Shown piece by piece: positions 49,701 through 60,796 of a DNA stretch of 64,000 nt. This DNA comes from Epiperipatus broadwayi. Its lineage: Eukaryota; Animalia; Onychophora. The stretch covers positions 8,742,001 to 8,806,000 of the forward strand of contig JAQFVV010000008.1 of the NCBI GenBank assembly GCA_028023455.1, written 5' to 3'. Below the pieces are notes generated by a model that was given only the letters and a program-made list of their open reading frames with translations, was not told the origin of the DNA and ran no database searches. A program made the translations under genes and the position numbers. Position 1 is the stretch's first letter. Every line of letters starts with the position of its first letter.

Positions 49701-50705
49701 TTCAGTTTCTATATTAAAAAAATGAGATCGCAATCAAAACAAAAAGATTATACATTATTTCAGTTTATAAAATCAATAAAATATTCGTTTTAAAAATCTA
49801 AAAAAATATTTATTTCTGTTAATATCTAACAAAATCGTTTTAAAAGTTAAAAATTTTTGAATATTTATTGCGATATTTTTATATGTACGTATAAATCTAT
49901 TATTATTATTATTTACTCATTAGTATAAGTAGGTTATTTACATAGAAGCTAAAATTCTAAATACAGCTTCAGGCCATATTCACGTTAGCTGCTAATATAA
50001 CGTTATATTTTTGAGGAAAAAAAAAGTATTTCAGGTCAAAATAAGTTATTAATAATTTAAATTTCTTGATATCTAATAAATATAGTGAAATATGAAAGAT
50101 ATTAAGAACAAACATGAATCGCATAACTTCAAAATTGCATTAAAATAATCCGCATAAAACGAGACCCAGGTGTAATATGAATGGTGGCGAGAGAGCATAA
50201 TAAATATAGATATTCCAATTTTAAAATTAAAATGTTGTGCTGTTTTTTTGATATATTTTTTTTTTGTTTGTCACAAAATATTTAAATGATAAACATTCTC
50301 TATTGACCAAAAAACCAAACCACTTACCCAAGATAAAGAGTAGGTTGAGCTAGCCTGGAATAAAGCTTTGTCAGGTTTAGGAAGAATTAATTAGGGCATC
50401 CATTGATTTATTTTTTTTAAATTTTTCTCTTTCTTTGAAAGGTATTAATATTCAATAAATAGTGCAGGCATATCCTTCTGTGGAGGGAGAAATCCCTTTC
50501 AAAGAGTGACACATAAAGTCAGAGTTAAAGTAAACCTTTCAAAGATATGCATGCGCTAATCTTTGGATGCATTTAAGTGAAATTAATGAATCTCGGTGCC
50601 TAACTAAACATTATGGATCTGTTGCTCGGACACATCATGTTCATTTCATGTTCAATGCATGCACTCAGTGTTAAGAAACTGATGAGCAAGGAGTGAACCA
50701 GTACA
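46721..50705 (+). repeat. 5' LTR (3985 bp, including an 846-bp Tigger insertion and local duplications)
   Basis: Colinear with 54027-56668. Extra tandem duplications at 48194-48492 (~153-bp unit) and 49183-49298 (58-bp unit); extra segment at ~46930-47090. Confidence 0.85.
49327..50172 (-). mobile_element. pogo/Tigger deletion derivative, copy 3 (846 bp), inserted in the 5' LTR
   Basis: TA|cacctgggtctcgttttatgtgg...ccgcataaaacgagacccaggtg|TA; same orientation as copy 1; the homologous site in the 3' LTR (~56130) is empty. Confidence 0.92.
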
Positions 50706-50712
50706 GTTAAAA

Positions 50713-50722
50713 TGGCGACCAA
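50713..50722 (+). promoter_or_regulatory. Primer-binding site (TGGCGACC..., resembling a tRNA-Arg-type PBS)
   Basis: TGGCGACCAA begins 8 nt downstream of the 5' LTR end (...gtaca gttaaaa tggcgacc). Confidence 0.65.
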
Positions 50723-51029
50723 CATTTTGGGTACGATTTATCTCGGAGGGGACAAGTTAATGGAGAGAGAGAGCGCAAACGTTTAATGTAAGTGGAAATT
50801 AAGATAATAGGATAGATTCAGGCAAGCAGTAAGCTATAGTTGAAGTGTAGCATATATACTAGGTACAGGTGGCAAACAGAATAGGATTGAGCTAAGTGTG
50901 TAGTGTAATGAGCTTTTATAAAAAAAAAAAAAGTAAATAAAACATGCGAATTAGCAGGTATAAATAGTTGGAGATTAAGCATGTAGATAATTATGTGAGT
51001 TGAATATAGATAGATATTACAGTTATTCA

Positions 51030-52330
51030 TGTGGACAAGATCATATGCCAAGAAAATGGATCAGCCAAAAATAAATGAAAGGGAAGAAGAAAGTCAGTAT
51101 GTAGGACAAGAAAATACGAGTAGAGACAGATAGCATGCAGCAGAATAGAATAGAACCTGAAAAAAGAAAAGGAGAAGTTAATAGATATAATGCAAGACTT
51201 TATGAGATATGTGAGAGAAGAAATAGCCAAGGGACCATGGCATATAAAGGATTTGAAAAAGAAGATGGAAAAATGGATGGAAGAAATGTCTCTAAGAATA
51301 GACATTTTGAAGGATGAAATAGTACAGGGATTAGAAATGAGAATCCAAAATATGGGAACCTTGACCAGAGTAGTAGTAACCGGATGGAAGTGATAGAAAC
51401 CAGACTGCAGTTAATAGGAGTTGAATGTGAGAGTATGTACGAGCGAATTTATCAGAAAGGAGTATATAGAACGAAGCTGCAATAGTAAAAGGGCAGAACT
51501 AGAGACAACTAACAGAGAATGATGCTAAAATAGTAAATATGGAGCAGACAGGCCAGTAGATAGAACAAGAGTTCATGATATCACTGGTCAGCAGTGACAA
51601 CCTTAAAACAGGATGGTAACAATGAAAAATTACATATTCAGATGAAGGGATGTGAGAGAGATAGTGAAAAAAGCAGGGATGATTTAAATATAGAGGGAGT
51701 GGGAACAGAGAGAAAATAAGAGAGTACTGAAGTTAAGATAGCCGAAGGGAAGAGTAGACAGCAACAAGACAGCGGTAAAATAAAAAAAAGTAACTTAGAT
51801 GTAGCAGTAGGAAAGATAGCAGAGGGAGATAAGAGTTGTTCACATTTACCTAATCATTAACCAATTTTTAAAAATAAGAGTGTTTGAAGGACGGACAGGT
51901 AAAACTCCAGTATAACACCTTAAGAGCCTGGAAAATTACTTTAGAATAAATCAGATGGACGAAACAAGTCAGTTGACCATCGCATATAGTAACCTCCATG
52001 ATGATGCCTGCACATAGTAGGAGTCATTGTTTCATCACCCTAATACATTTGAAGACTATAAAAAGGCATTGCTACAAAACTTTTGGAGTGAGGAATGCCG
52101 AGAAATGGTGTTATATCAGATAATGCAGGAGAAATGCAAAGTGGGAGGTGATAGCTACTTCAAGTTTTTTAGAAGACAGGTGGCCACATATCTGAGAGCC
52201 AGATCATACAAATACTCCAGGACAACTTACAGGTCCATATCGAAGAGATGCTACTCATAGCAAACATGAAGCCAATGGAACAAGTAGCAGAATTATTGAA
52301 TGCAATCGATATGAGCCAGCAAAGTAAACC
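51030..52330 (+). pseudogene. gag: gag relic of the long-LTR element
   Basis: Coiled-coil-like ORF pieces (51135-51393), then 'FEG..GKTPV*HLKSLENYFRIN...QLTIAYSNLHDDAC...ESLF...TFEDYKKALLQNFWSEECREM' (~51880-52100), a retrotransposon gag capsid-like signature. Confidence 0.72.
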
Positions 52331-52925
52331 CATGGACAAGGCTCAGTAAAACATAGGCTTAAGTTCTATGAAACGAGGATGATCATGGACAAACCAAATG
52401 GCATAGGAAGGTAAAGCACAGGAGTCGAAGCCCCAGGACATAGATGAAGTACACAGGAAGCAACATTGACAACAGTGGAAAAAACTACAGGAAAGGGAGG
52501 GATTCAGACTTCCATCATCTAAACCAAGGACAAATAAAAATTAGAATATTGGATGGGGAAATCAAGGCTACCAGTCCAGATTGATGCCACCTTAGGACAC
52601 TATACTTGGGGTGATCTATTTTGGTCAATTTTCCTGGGTTCAGAACGCAGGGATGGGGGAAAGGCTCAAGTTTGCTGGGATGCTTGTTATCTGGGATGAG
52701 GTGGGCCACTTTACACCACAGAATCTTTTACACAGAAAGCGTCGGACCATTATATATTATTGGAAAAAAAAAGAACTCTGTGACCTACACCACAGTATGC
52801 AAAAGTCCTCATAAGTCTTAAAAGAAAAGGCAAGAATACATTCACTGAAATTCAACTTCAAAAATCTGTGTTGGCTGGTACGTAAGTTCCTATAAGTAGT
52901 CGCTTTAAAAAAGTATGAGTGGGGA

Positions 52926-53691
52926 TGTATACAGGGAACCTGAATAAAGATAGTTTTTTTTGTTTTGTTGTTATCGCGGTTGTTTTGTATTCACATGTAA
53001 CAAAATTAAATAAATAAAAAGATTTTTACTACAAATAGAATACAGCAATTTATTTATATTTTAGTTTATAACAATTTTGAGTTCATAACACATATAAGAA
53101 ATTATAAACATAATCGCGTATCCGATTTCCCCACTAACAGTTCTATTCTAATATGGCCGGTTTGCCAAAACCTCTTCTTAAAGTCTATTAATATTTTAAT
53201 TATTCCGAAGTCTAAAATTAGCCATTTTAGGCGTACAAAAATAATAATAAGATCGAGAAGATCTGTAATTACCTATATGGATCTTGGAACCTTCAGACTC
53301 CGCTAGTTCTGGGTTATACCTCCGTTGATCATATATCCCTTTTTCTATATAAAGATTCCCACTCCGGTCACACAGCAAGCTGGAAATATTCTGTGTTTTA
53401 AAATTACCCGGCTTCGCTTTCTTTTTCTCCTTTGTTCTGCTTTCACTTGATCCTTATCAGTCCTTTTAATTAATTAATTGTACTTTCGTTTTTAATTAAA
53501 ATCGTTACTTTACTTCAATTAGTAAATCCTTATTTAAGACTTTAATTAGTGAATGTTTGATTTACATTTTAATTAATGAATGTTATCATATAAAACAATC
53601 TATCTTATTTCCGTATTTTAATCAAAACCCCCATAACGTTTTTTACTTGTATTTGTAAATTCTGCCTTTTTATTTTTACTTCTGGAGTACA
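52926..53691 (+). mobile_element. Second, unrelated LTR-like segment (766 bp) inside the internal region, with its own PPT
   Basis: Purine tract aaaaaagtatgagtgggga (~52907-52925) directly precedes TGTA...TACA; TATA-like ctatataaag at ~53345; no similarity seen to the flanking long LTRs; no TSD. Confidence 0.42.
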
Positions 53692-54012
53692 CTATTATTA
53701 TTATTATTCCAAATACTATAGCGGTTATCATGTTGCAGGTGCATTGTGTTTGGTGCACCCGTAGTTCTGGATGGGGTGGATATCTCCAGGTGAATAAATG
53801 GAGTTCTGTTCATCTTTGGATCGGAGCTTGGGAGGCTGAAGCGGTTTTAACCTTTGTTGTAGTAATTTGGAGTCATTGATCAACACATGTGACTGGTGGA
53901 CGTTATATTCGTTAGATTTGTTTTTGTGTGGAAGAAAAAATTTTTTTTTGATTATTGTATATAGTTAAACATAATTATTATAGACTTTAAATGGTTAACC
54001 CATTTAGAAATT

Positions 54013-54023
54013 AAGGGAAGGGG
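54013..54023 (+). promoter_or_regulatory. Polypurine tract of the long-LTR element
   Basis: aagggaagggg ends 3 nt upstream of the 3' LTR start (TGTGCC at 54027). Confidence 0.75.
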
Positions 54024-54026
54024 TAT

Positions 54027-56668
54027 TGTGCCAGAGTCTTAAATGACAGCCACAAGATAGCTGCAAGGGAGATTGGTCTGTATAGATATATTTTCTCTTT
54101 TGCTCACACACAAAATATATTTTAAAGATGTAAATGATAATGATAATGCTATGCATTATAGAAATGTATATTTGTGTACAACAAATTATCATATATTTTT
54201 GTTTTTATAATTTTGTAATCAGTTTGTTATTTCGATACATGTAAACATGGTGGGAGGTATAAGTATATTCATGAAAACTTAAAAATAATTTTAAATTATC
54301 CAATATTAGTTATACATTTTATATTTTTTCTTATATTGTGGAAGTTTTATATATATATATATATATTTCTTTTGGAAACATAAAACAAGTTTAAGCTTTC
54401 CAACATTTGTACATTTTATTTCTTTTATATATTTTTGAAGTTTGGTTTTATTTACTGCAGCCAAGTCAATGACTTTTTTATTGTATTATATCGTAAAAAC
54501 ATAAATGTGGAAATGCATTAGTAGTCATTCAGCTTGACACCTTTGGGATTAGAAAAGGATGGGAAAGGAATTTATATGCATTAGTGGTCTGAGAAACTCT
54601 AGATTAATTGGAAACATAGAAGTCTTTTTTAAGACAAAAATTTTCTAATCAAAGCCAGTATAGAAGAAAGAAAGAGAGGGGAAAAAAATAAGTTATGTGC
54701 ATTGTTTAAACACATGAGAAATTAGTTAAAAATACTATAAGCAATTGTTCAGGGGATTTGAAAAAAAGGAAAGAAGCTAATCTTCCCAGGTGATTCGAGA
54801 AAGTTTTTTCTTGCAGTTGACTTGTGAAGACTTTAAGTCAGGAGGAAAGAACATAAGGATTGAAAGGAGAAGAAGTCACCTTACAATCCACTTAATCTGA
54901 GAAAACTATAACCATGAGAACAGTGTAATAAAAAAAAAGGATTAAGCATGAAGATCATAAAAGAAAGCAAGGTAATAGCAAGTTGAATTCAAAAATAAAT
55001 CGGAGTCTCTGTGGTAAAAAAAATGCCAGAGCGTATACATTGACATGCCACCTGAAAGAATGGAAATGAGGGAGAGAATAAATTTGTGCACGAAAAAACT
55101 CAAGAATTAATACTTGATCGTATTTATTTGCTGAAGAATGGGATCAAATTTCAAGTGTCACCTGCAAATAACCATAGAGTAGAAAACCACTTCAGTATAC
55201 CCACCATGCTCAAATCCAGCCTAGCGACGGAAATGTAACTTTCAAGCTCCAATAGAATATAGCTGTTCTGAACAATTTGCCGATGCACCATTGGGATAAG
55301 ATCAGAGACTACCTGCCCAGCATATTATATAGCCCACTCAGAAGCCCCTAGCCCGGAGAAAAATGAAGCCTTCGGGAAATATAATTTTTTTTTTTGTTTT
55401 ATTACTGAGCTATTCAATTATCTATTTAATCTATTTATTTTTTATCTATATAATTTCTTGTGTTATTTTACCTAGTGTATATGAATTTAATATTTAGTAA
55501 TATAATAAAAACCACCTACCTTGTGGGAAGTAGGCTTACTGATCTAAATGTTATATCGTTTGTCTGCCTGTCTATTTATATATTTTTTGTAATATAACCG
55601 CTATAAGCAGGGTATAGAGAATATCATTCATTTTGATACATAGTATTGATATGATAGGTAAATGAAAGTAAGCTTGCTAACCCAATGTAATATCTTAGCT
55701 GATTGGTGTGTGTATGTAGCCCTTAGACAACTTTCATTGGTATATTTAATCTACCACATGCAGGATTCTCTAATCATAATTCACCGTAATTTTATAAGTA
55801 TTTTTTTTTATAGTAATTTCTTAGTTCTATATCTTAACCATTATGTGCAGGATATATCTACGGAAATGTTCCATGTTGAGTATTCTTGAATTATGATTAA
55901 ATTATATAGATAAAATGAGAAACTAACTTTTTAAATCATCTTAATCAAGGATGGAGTTATTTGCTTAAACATACATACAGCATTTATTTTATTTTATTTA
56001 TATGACAATTTATGATATACGAGATTCCAATATGTGTGGGTAAAAGAGAAACTCAGACCATATCATTTTATTTTTATTGATTTATTTAATGTCTTATAAG
56101 TTTTATTTTTGATTTCTAATCATCATTTCATATGTAATACTATGAACGGGGGGGGGGGGCATAATATAGATATTCCAATTTAAAATTAAAATGTACTGTT
56201 TCTTTGATAATTTTTTGTTTTCTTTGTCACAAAATATTTAAATGATAAACATTCTCTATTGACCAAGCAACCGAACCACTTATCCGAGATAAAGAGTAGA
56301 TTAAGCTAGACCGGGATAAAGCTTTATTGGGTTTAGGAAGAATTAATTAGGGCATCCATTGATTTAATTTTCTTTTAAATTTTTTGCTTTCTTTGAGAGA
56401 AAGGTAACAATCTTCAGTAAATAGTGCAGGTATATCCTTCTGGGGAGAGAGCAATCCCTTTCAAGGAGGGGCATATAAAGATCAGAGATAAAGTAAACCT
56501 TTCAAAGGTATGCATGCGCTAATCTTTGGATGCATTTAACTGAAATTAATGAATCTCGGTGCCAAACTAAACATCATGGATCTGTTGCTTGGACGCATCA
56601 TGTGCATTTCATGTTCAATGTGTGCGCTCAGTGTAAAGAAATTAATGAGCAAGGAGTGGACCGGTACA
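54027..56668 (+). repeat. 3' LTR (2642 bp)
   Basis: TGTGCCAGA...GGACCGGTACA; homologous along its length to 46721-50705. Confidence 0.85.
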
Positions 56669-57155
56669 ATATATATATATGAATAACAAATACTGCCGGC
56701 AATGGATTAATAATTTGCTGTATGAATTAATAAAATAATAAAAATATATGAACAAATAAAGGCAAAAAAAAAAAATCTGCTTGTACTAAAATTTCTTTTT
56801 TTACTCCCTATGGTAAAAATTTTATACTAGGATTTTAAATCAATACATTCTTGAATTGAATTAATTTTTGCACATATAGTGTCATCATCATCCCAACACC
56901 TCTAACTCTAGCATAGCTTTCATAATTAATGCAAATATCACAAGCAAATAAAAAAAAAAATCTTAACTAGTATAAATTAGCATTAATATTGCACATATAC
57001 AATATCAGGTTAGCCAAATTAAGTTGTAGAAGTTTAAATATTATAATAAATAGATTTGAGTATTAAAGAATTTACCATGAAATTAAAACAAAAATCAAAT
57101 AAGTATGTAACTTCTACCAGAAATAGAATCATTTATTTTAACTCATTGTCTAGAA

Positions 57156-60036
57156 CATTTCTTAAACTGTGGGTTGCAACCCCAAATAAGGTTGTGAAGG
57201 GAAAAGTTGGGTCATGAAAATTTAATTCAGATACATGAATTTAAAGAAATATTAGTTGCAACCCCTTCATTATCTTTAATATATTATGTTTTCTTTACAG
57301 CGCAATTATAAAATCATAATGATGGCCAAGTTGAGCTGTAAATTATATTTACATATTGAAAAATAACACTAAATGCATTATAATAGTGGTGTTAAATTGC
57401 AATTTCAGCATATAAGTTATTTCAGAATCAAAATATATGCTGCAGTGGTGAGAATAAGATTTGTGCCACTGTGATTATATAATGCATTTCCGGTCATGTT
57501 ATTTGTTTTGATTTTATTTCAACAATACAATATTGTATTTTACTGTTTTATTCAATTAAGGTTAGTATTAATTTGAATAAATATTATGAAAGATGTTATT
57601 TTTTATATATAAAATGCTTTCATACTTTTTTCTCACTTTTTTATTTAAAATTTATCATCCTATTAGTTATTATAAAAATTTATTTATTTGAAACTTATTG
57701 TCATTTATTTATTAACAAGTAAAAACATATTCCTACTTTTTAAACTTAACAGGTAATTTATTGATATTTTTTAAATATTAAAAAATAAAACATACGGGGA
57801 TAATAAAAAATAGAATATATGGGAGTAAATATGCTTCGGGAGTAAATATACTTCGTATAATTAAACAAAAAAACACGGCTGCCACTTGGTGTCTCTGTTA
57901 ACTAATGAGTACTGTACTGTTATTTTATTTATATTTTAGGATAAAAATACTTTTTACTCATGGATAAATAAAATATTGAACTTGAGTACCAAAGATAATG
58001 ATGCAGATGGCAATGCTACAAAGTCTCTTCAAGCCGGATCTCATATTCAAAAAGGCATCTAAGATGCAAAAAAAAAAAAATATGATGAGACATTTCTCCA
58101 ATTTGGTTTTACCTTCAACAACTGTGATGTTAATGAACAACCTCTTTGTTTAATTTGCAATAATGTTTTGTCTATGGAGAGTATGAAACCATGAAAATTA
58201 AAAAGGCATTTTGAATCCAAGCATCATTCATATGTCATTAAACCAAAAGAATATTTAGAATGACTGTTAAAAACTTCAAATAAAGAAAAACAATATTTTG
58301 AAAAATGTATAACTGTTAATAAAAAATGTTTACTCGCATCATATGAAGTTTCATATCTGATTGCTAAAAATAAAAAGACATATATCATTGGAGAAGATCT
58401 TATATTATCTGCTGCTATTAAAATGGTAGGAATACTTCATGGAAGTAAATATAGTGCTGAAATTTGGAAAATTTCTTTGTCAAATGACACTGTCACTAAT
58501 AGAATTTTTGAAATTAGCAATGACCAATTTGAGCAACTTATTACTAGACTTAAAGTAAGCCCAATATTTACAATTCAGTTGGATGAAACAACTGATACTT
58601 CAAAAATAGCTAATTATTAGTATATGTCAGATACATTTATAAAGAAACCATTGAGAAAGAATTGTTATTTTGTCATTATTTGGAAGAACATACAAGAGGG
58701 AAAGACATATATAATAAAGTAGACAAATTTTTTAAAACTGAAGATTTAGAATGGAAAAATTGCTTTGGAGTATGCACAGATAGTGCAAAATCAATGACTG
58801 GTGAAAATATTAGTTTTAAATCATTTGTTAAAGCTTCTGAGAATAATCATGTAACTTTTACACATTGCCTGATCCATCGAGAGGCCTTTGCAGCAAAAAA
58901 AAAAAAAAATAGCAACCGAATTGAAAGATGTGCTTCAGGATGCTGTCAAAATTATAAACTTTATTAAAAGCCATGCCCTTAACAGCTATTTATTTTCAAA
59001 TCTTTGTAAAGACATGGACTCTGAATACAAAAATTTATTATTACATGCAGAAGTACAATGGATGTCAAGAAGGCAAAGTTTAAAAAGATTATTGTTATTA
59101 AAAGTAAAAATTATTGTATTTTTAACTGAACAAAAATCTGATCTTGCTGCTCTTTTTCAAAATGACTTATGGCTATGAAAACTGTGCTATTTGTCTGCTA
59201 TTTTTGAGAAGCTAAATGATCTTAAGTTGTCTCTTCAGGGAAAAATAGCAATATTTTTACTTTGAATGATAAAATTGAAGGTTTTATTAAAAAGATCAAT
59301 ATTTGGAAGAATAGGGGGGTGGAAAATGATTCATTAGAAATGTTTTCGACTATTGACAATTTTATAATTGAAAAAAAAAAATAACTGTAAAACTTTAATT
59401 GCAAAAATTATTATAGATCACTTAAAAACCCTAGAAACACAGTTTTGAAAATACTTTATATCAAATATAGATTTCAAAAAAGTTATCTTGGATTCAAGGA
59501 TCATTTTTGATTGACATTAAGGAGATTAATCACCTACCATATAAAGCCCAAGAGGAATTTGCTGAGCTATCGAATGACACAAACTTAAAACTTGCCTTTC
59601 CACAAAAATCCTGGACTAAATTCTGGATCAGAAATAGGACTGAATTTCCCACAATTTCTGAAATGGCATTAAATATTCTTCTGCAATTCAGCACCACATA
59701 CTTATGAGAAATGACTTTTTCAGCTTTAATGTATATTAAATCCAAATATCGTTCAATGCTGAAAAACGTTGAAGATGCTTTATGTCCAGGAGTATCAAAT
59801 ATTTCACCAAGATTTAATTTGTTATGCAGCAAAAAACAAACATATCTGTCTCATTAAAATGTGATTTTCTTTCATTAACTTTTGTATACTTAAAACAAAT
59901 CCTATTGTTTACCAAAGAAATTAATTATTTATGGGAATATTTATTTCTATATCTATTTTATATTTAATATCTGGGATCACGAAAAAATCTCGATAATAAA
60001 AAGGGGTCATGAATGAAAAAAGTTTAAGAAGCGCTG
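57156..60036 (+). mobile_element. Near full-length dead hAT (Buster/SPIN/ZBED5-like) transposon (2881 bp)
   Basis: Ends catttcttaaactgtggg (3-nt deletion relative to the right TIR) / aagtttaagaagcgctg. TSD GTCTAGAA (57148-57155) / GTCTGGAA (60037-60044). Subterminal ggggtc(a/g)(t/c)g motifs. Confidence 0.9.
57960..59857 (+). pseudogene. Buster-family hAT transposase pseudogene (BED zinc finger, DDE, hATC dimerisation domain)
   Basis: 'YDETFLQFGF...PLCLIC..VLS.ESMKP*KLKRHFESKH', 'ASYEVSYLIAK', 'SLSNDTV..RI', 'FTIQLDETTD', 'GVCTDSAKSMTG', 'THCLIHREA', 'LLLHAEVQWMSR', 'FSTTYL*EMTFS...IKSKYRS...SH*'; many stops and frameshifts. Confidence 0.93.
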
Positions 60037-60143
60037 GTCTGGAATATTTCTTTTTTTAAAATATGGTATCTATTACAAACAAAAAGTTTAAAAAGTGCTG
60101 GTCTAGAATATTTCTTTTTTCAAATATGGTATCTATTATAAAC
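60017..60143 (+). repeat. 64-bp tandem duplication spanning the hAT right TIR end, TSD and flank
   Basis: aaaaagtttaagaagcgctg-gtctggaa-tatttc...tattacaaac, then aaaaagtttaaaaagtgctg-gtctagaa-tatttc...tattataaac. Confidence 0.9.
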
Positions 60144-60796
60144 TTGAGTAATCAATAGACATAAAATAATAGTAGCACTATATCCAATTTTCAGACAAGT
60201 TTGTATCTTACACATTTCATTTGTAAAAATGGAATTTAAAGCTGAAACTAATGCATATCTAGCAGCCATACCAGCCAAGCTAACAGCTTGAATTCAAAAC
60301 CCTAAGATTTTGAATGCAAGTCAATACTTGCTTGCATAGTTATATAATTAATATTCAGCAAGTAACTATATATTTTACTGACATGAGTTCATACTATCTG
60401 CAAACCAGTTTCATCTTTTAGATAGGACAGTAAAAATCAAAAAACAAGATGACTTTTTCCATACATTTTTCAAAAATAGTTCTTTTCATACTATTCCATA
60501 GTAATCCATTATGAGTTTTGAGTAATCAATGGACATTAAATGGGAATGTCAATTCACATACAATAACTGTATAAGCTTAAAAGATGTGATTGTAAATACA
60601 ATAGAAATTTTATTATTCCAAAGTAAGTCACATTGACTGTATTGATCATGCAAGATCATAGCATAAAGAATTTACAATTTTTTAAAATTATTATTGTCAT
60701 TCCCTTCCACAAAACTGACATTTGAGGAGGGGGGGGGGATTAAAAATCAGAATTATTGTGTAACTAAATGATGAAAATATATTTGCACAAACATTT

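Larger units (their letters stand above)
46721..56668 (+). mobile_element. Ty3/gypsy-type LTR retrotransposon with very long LTRs; gag relic present, RT/RNase H absent (non-autonomous)
   Basis: Two homologous blocks begin TGTG(t/c)CAGA and end GTACA. PBS follows the 5' block; PPT precedes the 3' block. 4-bp flanks ATAA/ATAT (3/4 match, probable TSD). Confidence 0.82.
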
